Source of the DNA: Terrimicrobiaceae bacterium | GTDB taxonomy: Bacteria > Verrucomicrobiota > Verrucomicrobiia > Chthoniobacterales > Terrimicrobiaceae | Assembly (NCBI GenBank): GCA_041752695.1 | Contig: JBGSVZ010000034.1 | Location: 1-50,505, forward strand | DNA length: 50,505 bases | Direction of reading: 5' to 3' | Part shown: in pieces, positions 47,422 through 50,505 of the stretch | How positions within the stretch are numbered: the stretch's first letter is position 1 | How the letters are laid out: each line of letters opens with the position of its first letter | Program-made: the position numbers and the translations under genes | The notes under the pieces: model-generated | The model's database searches: none | Told to the model about the DNA's origin: nothing | What the model saw: the letters and a program-made list of their open reading frames with translations, nothing else

Positions 47422-47478
47422 GGCTTCCCAGGATATCCTTCCCGTGCCATCGTTAGCCTTTTACTGTCATTTTCTTTC

Positions 47479-48582
47479 ATGAGCGTAGAAATCAAAGTCC
47501 CCGCCGTCGGCGAATCGATCAACTCGGGCATTCTGTCCGTCTGGCATAAAAAGGATGGCGACGCAGTCGCCGCTGGTGAGCTGCTTTTCACCCTGGAAAC
47601 CGACAAGGTCTCCACCGAAGTGACCGCCCCGGAAGCGGGCGTGCTCAAGACGCAGGCGGCCGAGGGCGAGGAGGTCAAAATAGGCCAGATCGTCGCGACG
47701 TTGGAGCCAGCCGGGGCCCCCGCGCCGACTCCGGAAGCCGCAGCGCCGGCTCCGAAAAAAGCCGCCCCGAAAGCCGAGCCGGAACCCGCGGCTGTCGTCG
47801 CAGAAACTCCCGCGCCTGCACCGAAACCCGCTCCGAAAGCGGAATCACCCACGCCAAAACCCAAGATCACTTCGCCGGACGACCCGCGCACGACGCGGAA
47901 AAAACTTTCCCCGCTCCGGCGGAAGATTGCCTCCCAGTTGGTGATGGCCCAGCACACGGCGGCGATTTTGACCACCTTCAACGAGGCGGACATGAGCAGT
48001 GTGATGGCTCTGCGCAAGGAGATGCAGGACGAATTTCTCAAACGCCACGGCGTGAAACTCGGCTTCATGTCGTTTTTCATCAAGGCAGTGGTGGATGCCC
48101 TCAAATCCTCGCCCGCCATCAACTCGCGCATGGATGGCGAAGAACTGATTCAGAATCATTATTTCGACATCGGTGTCGCCGTGGGGACCGAGCGCGGGCT
48201 GATGGTTCCTGTGCTGCGAGACTGCGACGAAAAATCCTTTGGGGACATTGAAAAGGATCTCGCGGGCTTTGCGGTCAAGGCCCGTGAAGGAAAAATCAGC
48301 CTGGACGACCTCCAAGGTGGTGTCTTCACCATTTCGAACGGGGGCATTTACGGTTCCCTGCTCAGCACGCCGATCCTCAACCCGCCCCAAAGCGGGATTT
48401 TGGGCATGCACAAAATTCAGGAGCGTCCTATCGCGGTCAAGGGCCAGGTCGTGATCCGTCCCATGATGTACCTCGCGCTGAGCTATGATCACCGAGTGGT
48501 GGACGGCAAGGAAGCGGTCACTTTCCTGGTTCGGGTGAAAGATTGTCTGGAAAATCCCGCCCGATTGCTTCTTGGCACTTGA
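47479..48582 (+). CDS. sucB: 2-oxoglutarate dehydrogenase E2, dihydrolipoyllysine succinyltransferase
   Basis: Lipoyl [36 protein letters not shown]; no recognisable peripheral subunit-binding domain. Confidence 0.96.
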   Translation: MSVEIKVPAVGESINSGILSVWHKKDGDAVAAGELLFTLETDKVSTEVTAPEAGVLKTQAAEGEEVKIGQIVATLEPAGAPAPTPEAAAPAPKKAAPKAEPEPAAVVAETPAPAPKPAPKAESPTPKPKITSPDDPRTTRKKLSPLRRKIASQLVMAQHTAAILTTFNEADMSSVMALRKEMQDEFLKRHGVKLGFMSFFIKAVVDALKSSPAINSRMDGEELIQNHYFDIGVAVGTERGLMVPVLRDCDEKSFGDIEKDLAGFAVKAREGKISLDDLQGGVFTISNGGIYGSLLSTPILNPPQSGILGMHKIQERPIAVKGQVVIRPMMYLALSYDHRVVDGKEAVTFLVRVKDCLENPARLLLGT

Positions 48583-48622
48583 TTAATTTCCGGAAACGGG
48601 GATACTCACCCTTCCCTTTCAC

Positions 48623-48695
48623 GGGGTCTTAGCTCAGTTGGTAGAGCGCCTCAATGGCATTGAGGAGGTCAGCGGTTCGATCCCGCTAGGCTCCA
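48623..48695 (+). tRNA. tRNA-Ala (GGC)
   Basis: Cloverleaf: GGGGTCT/AGGCTCC acceptor with G3:U70, anticodon arm CCTCA-ATGGCAT-TGAGG, T arm GGTTCGATCC; CCA not encoded. Confidence 0.97.
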
Positions 48696-48722
48696 TTCCC
48701 TCACCACGCTCCGGGGGGCTCT

Positions 48723-48843
48723 GGCTCTCCACCAAACAATGGGGATGGGGTGGATTTGATTTTTTTTGTTAACCGCATTGGGCGATGACGCGCAGGCGGT
48801 AGTTGGGGACGTTTCTGAATCCCCAAGCGTAGCGTTGGAACAG
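48723..48843 (-). pseudogene. ISL3-family remnant: transposase C-terminal fragment plus terminal inverted repeat
   Basis: Minus strand 48843-48769 reads LFQRYAWGFRNVPNYRLRVIAQCG*, matching the ISL3 C-terminal (R.AYGFRN..NYRLR) pattern; end sequence GGCTCTCCACCAAACAATGGGG. Confidence 0.75.
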
Positions 48844-48870
48844 TTACGTTCTACGTCGACAACGTATTTT

Positions 48871-50505
48871 CAGCAATTCTCATTTTGGCTACGGGGGAAC
48901 GAGTTGAGGGGACTTAGGTCTGTAGAGGATTCATCCCTCTGGTGCGACCACAGGCGGAAGTTTTTTTGCTTTGGACGGATTCGGGCCATGCACAGCCCTC
49001 CCGTGATCGAGGACGAAAAAGTTCCGGTCACTGGATTTCAGTTTTTTTGCGCGGCGTAGGGGCCGATCTTCAGCCCCCGCATCATAAAGTCCATTAGGTG
49101 GCTCCAGTTTTCAAAATCCAGATAGGTCGTCAGCGTGCGAATGTGATCGAAAAACGTGCGCCGCGCTCCAATCTTGGCCCGCAGCAACCGATATGACCCG
49201 TCGGTAATCTCCAGGAGTGTATGCAGGCCGAAAGCCAGCAGGTTCATCGTGGCCAGCAGCGAGGAGAGGTGCTTCTCGCCATGACCGAAGTTGTGCTCCA
49301 AGTGGTAGCCCTTGGTCTTGAGCACATTGTTGTTTTCATTCTCGATCTTCCAACGTGCGCGGGCCGCCGAGACCAATCCGACCACGTTGTCTTCCCCAAC
49401 CTTCCAGTCGGTGATGAACGAGTTGTGATAGAGCTCCCGCCCCTCCTTGTCGGTGATGATCACCTCCAGCCAGTTGACCCGCAGCGCGTTCTCGCCCTCG
49501 GTCAGTGGCACGTCATTGGCCCAACCATAGTGCCAGTGCTCCCATTGGTTGGACTTACTCTTGATCCGCTGCTTGATGCCTTGCCGCCCACGCCCCTCTT
49601 CGAGAGCTTCCACCCACCCGAAAAGATGGGTGTGGGAAGCCGGCTTGCAGGTAAATAAATAATGGTAGCCGTGGAGCAAGACCTGTCGGCAGAAGGGTTG
49701 ATGGGCGTAGAGATCATCCCCGAGCAGGGTGTCGTTGCCGGTGGCATAGCGCTCGCCCTGCCCGGCCAGCCAGCGTTTGGCGGCGGCGATCTCGCAGTCC
49801 TGTTTGGCATGCCCGTCCTGCGGGATGATAAATTCCGGTCGCAGCGGCACCACCTCTTTGTGGGAGGGACTGACAATGACCGGCGTGATGGCGCTGTGAT
49901 AATGGGTGCATTCCCCGCTCTTGTGCTCGATGCGGGAACAGTGCTGGCAATGGATGTTTTCCGATTGGGAGGAATAATACCAAGTGGCATCCAGGGCGAT
50001 GAGCCGGGTGTTTTTCACCGCGCGCATAGCCTCCAGCAGACCGGCTTGGGCAAAGCCCGCGTGCAACTCGTCAAAGAGGCTGAAAAGATGGAAGGGTTCC
50101 ACCGGATCGAGGGTTTGGCGGATATGATTGTCACAGGGAATCTTTTCCACCTCGAACAAAGAACGGGCATTGTTGCGTCCGCGGGCCTCTTCCATGGCTC
50201 TCTGGAAACTCAGAAACGAGGGACACTGGGTGAAGAAAACCGAGAACGCCGAGAGCGCGATGTCGGCCATCGCGTAGCGGGTGTTTTTCCCCTTGCGGCC
50301 ATCAGGCAGCGCACCGGCGACTTCCCGAAAGCGCCGGATGATTTTTGAGAAGCTGCTGCCCTGCATGGACCAGCTTAATGAAGGGTGTGGTCAAAAAAGT
50401 ACAGTTACAATTTCGTAACATTTCTCCTCACCCCGCTTTCCCTGGGCAAGAGGCCGATTTTTGCCGGGCTCTACCCCTTCTCAGATTCTAAAATGAGAAT
50501 TGCTG
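48871..50505 (-). mobile_element. Complete insertion sequence (ISNCY-type DDE), 1635 bp
   Basis: Perfect 16-bp terminal IRs: CAGCAATTCTCATTTT (48871-48886) and AAAATGAGAATTGCTG (50490-50505). The window ends exactly at the IR. Confidence 0.9.
49038..50366 (-). CDS. DDE transposase (ISNCY-type, IS4/ISAs1-like fold)
   Basis: ALDAT, KQDCEIAAAKRW, GDDLY, RARWKIENENNNVLK...LEHNFGHG; intact 442-aa ORF inside the IRs. Confidence 0.92.
   Translation of the reverse strand: MQGSSFSKIIRRFREVAGALPDGRKGKNTRYAMADIALSAFSVFFTQCPSFLSFQRAMEEARGRNNARSLFEVEKIPCDNHIRQTLDPVEPFHLFSLFDELHAGFAQAGLLEAMRAVKNTRLIALDATWYYSSQSENIHCQHCSRIEHKSGECTHYHSAITPVIVSPSHKEVVPLRPEFIIPQDGHAKQDCEIAAAKRWLAGQGERYATGNDTLLGDDLYAHQPFCRQVLLHGYHYLFTCKPASHTHLFGWVEALEEGRGRQGIKQRIKSKSNQWEHWHYGWANDVPLTEGENALRVNWLEVIITDKEGRELYHNSFITDWKVGEDNVVGLVSAARARWKIENENNNVLKTKGYHLEHNFGHGEKHLSSLLATMNLLAFGLHTLLEITDGSYRLLRAKIGARRTFFDHIRTLTTYLDFENWSHLMDFMMRGLKIGPYAAQKN

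Noticed and set aside
48766..49059. 97-aa plus-strand ORF after the tRNA
   Set aside because: Spans the ISL3 remnant and the IS end; better explained by those elements.
50467..50477. GGCTCTACCCC as a second ISL3 end
   Set aside because: Short match lying inside the terminal region of the other IS, in the same orientation as the first and with no linked ISL3 coding sequence.

Overview
GC-rich bacterial chromosomal segment, probably Verrucomicrobiota (inferred from a PEP-CTERM/autotransporter-repeat protein, Amuc_1098-like secretin motifs and a short ThrRS). Housekeeping and core genes include gdhA, yajC-secDF, rplI-dnaB, moeB, thrS, sucA-sucB, a creB/creC-like pair and tRNA-Ala(GGC). Accessory blocks: (i) secreted hypothetical proteins at 0.5-3.3 kb, including an LprI gene broken by one in-frame stop; (ii) an AraC-linked uronate/KDG catabolic operon (SDR, GH88-like, cupin, Gfo/Idh/MocA, eda, kdgK); (iii) a block after dnaB (non-RD Ser/Thr kinase-OB fold, PEP-CTERM protein, TPR-like protein, esterase) preceded by a perfect 14-8-14 inverted repeat; (iv) a GldA/F/G-like ABC-DUF4340 operon divergent from the most striking locus. 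That locus is a BlaI repressor with two TACA-N2-TGTA operators, a stand-alone secretin-domain protein and a BlaR1/M56 peptidase fused to a truncated secretin domain, followed by an ECF sigma/anti-sigma pair and a protein with a GspG-like tail. The window ends with an ISL3 remnant and a complete ISNCY-type IS with 16-bp terminal inverted repeats. Two small genes missing from the ORF track and several REP-like and short tandem repeats were also found. All family calls come from motif recognition by eye; no searches were run.
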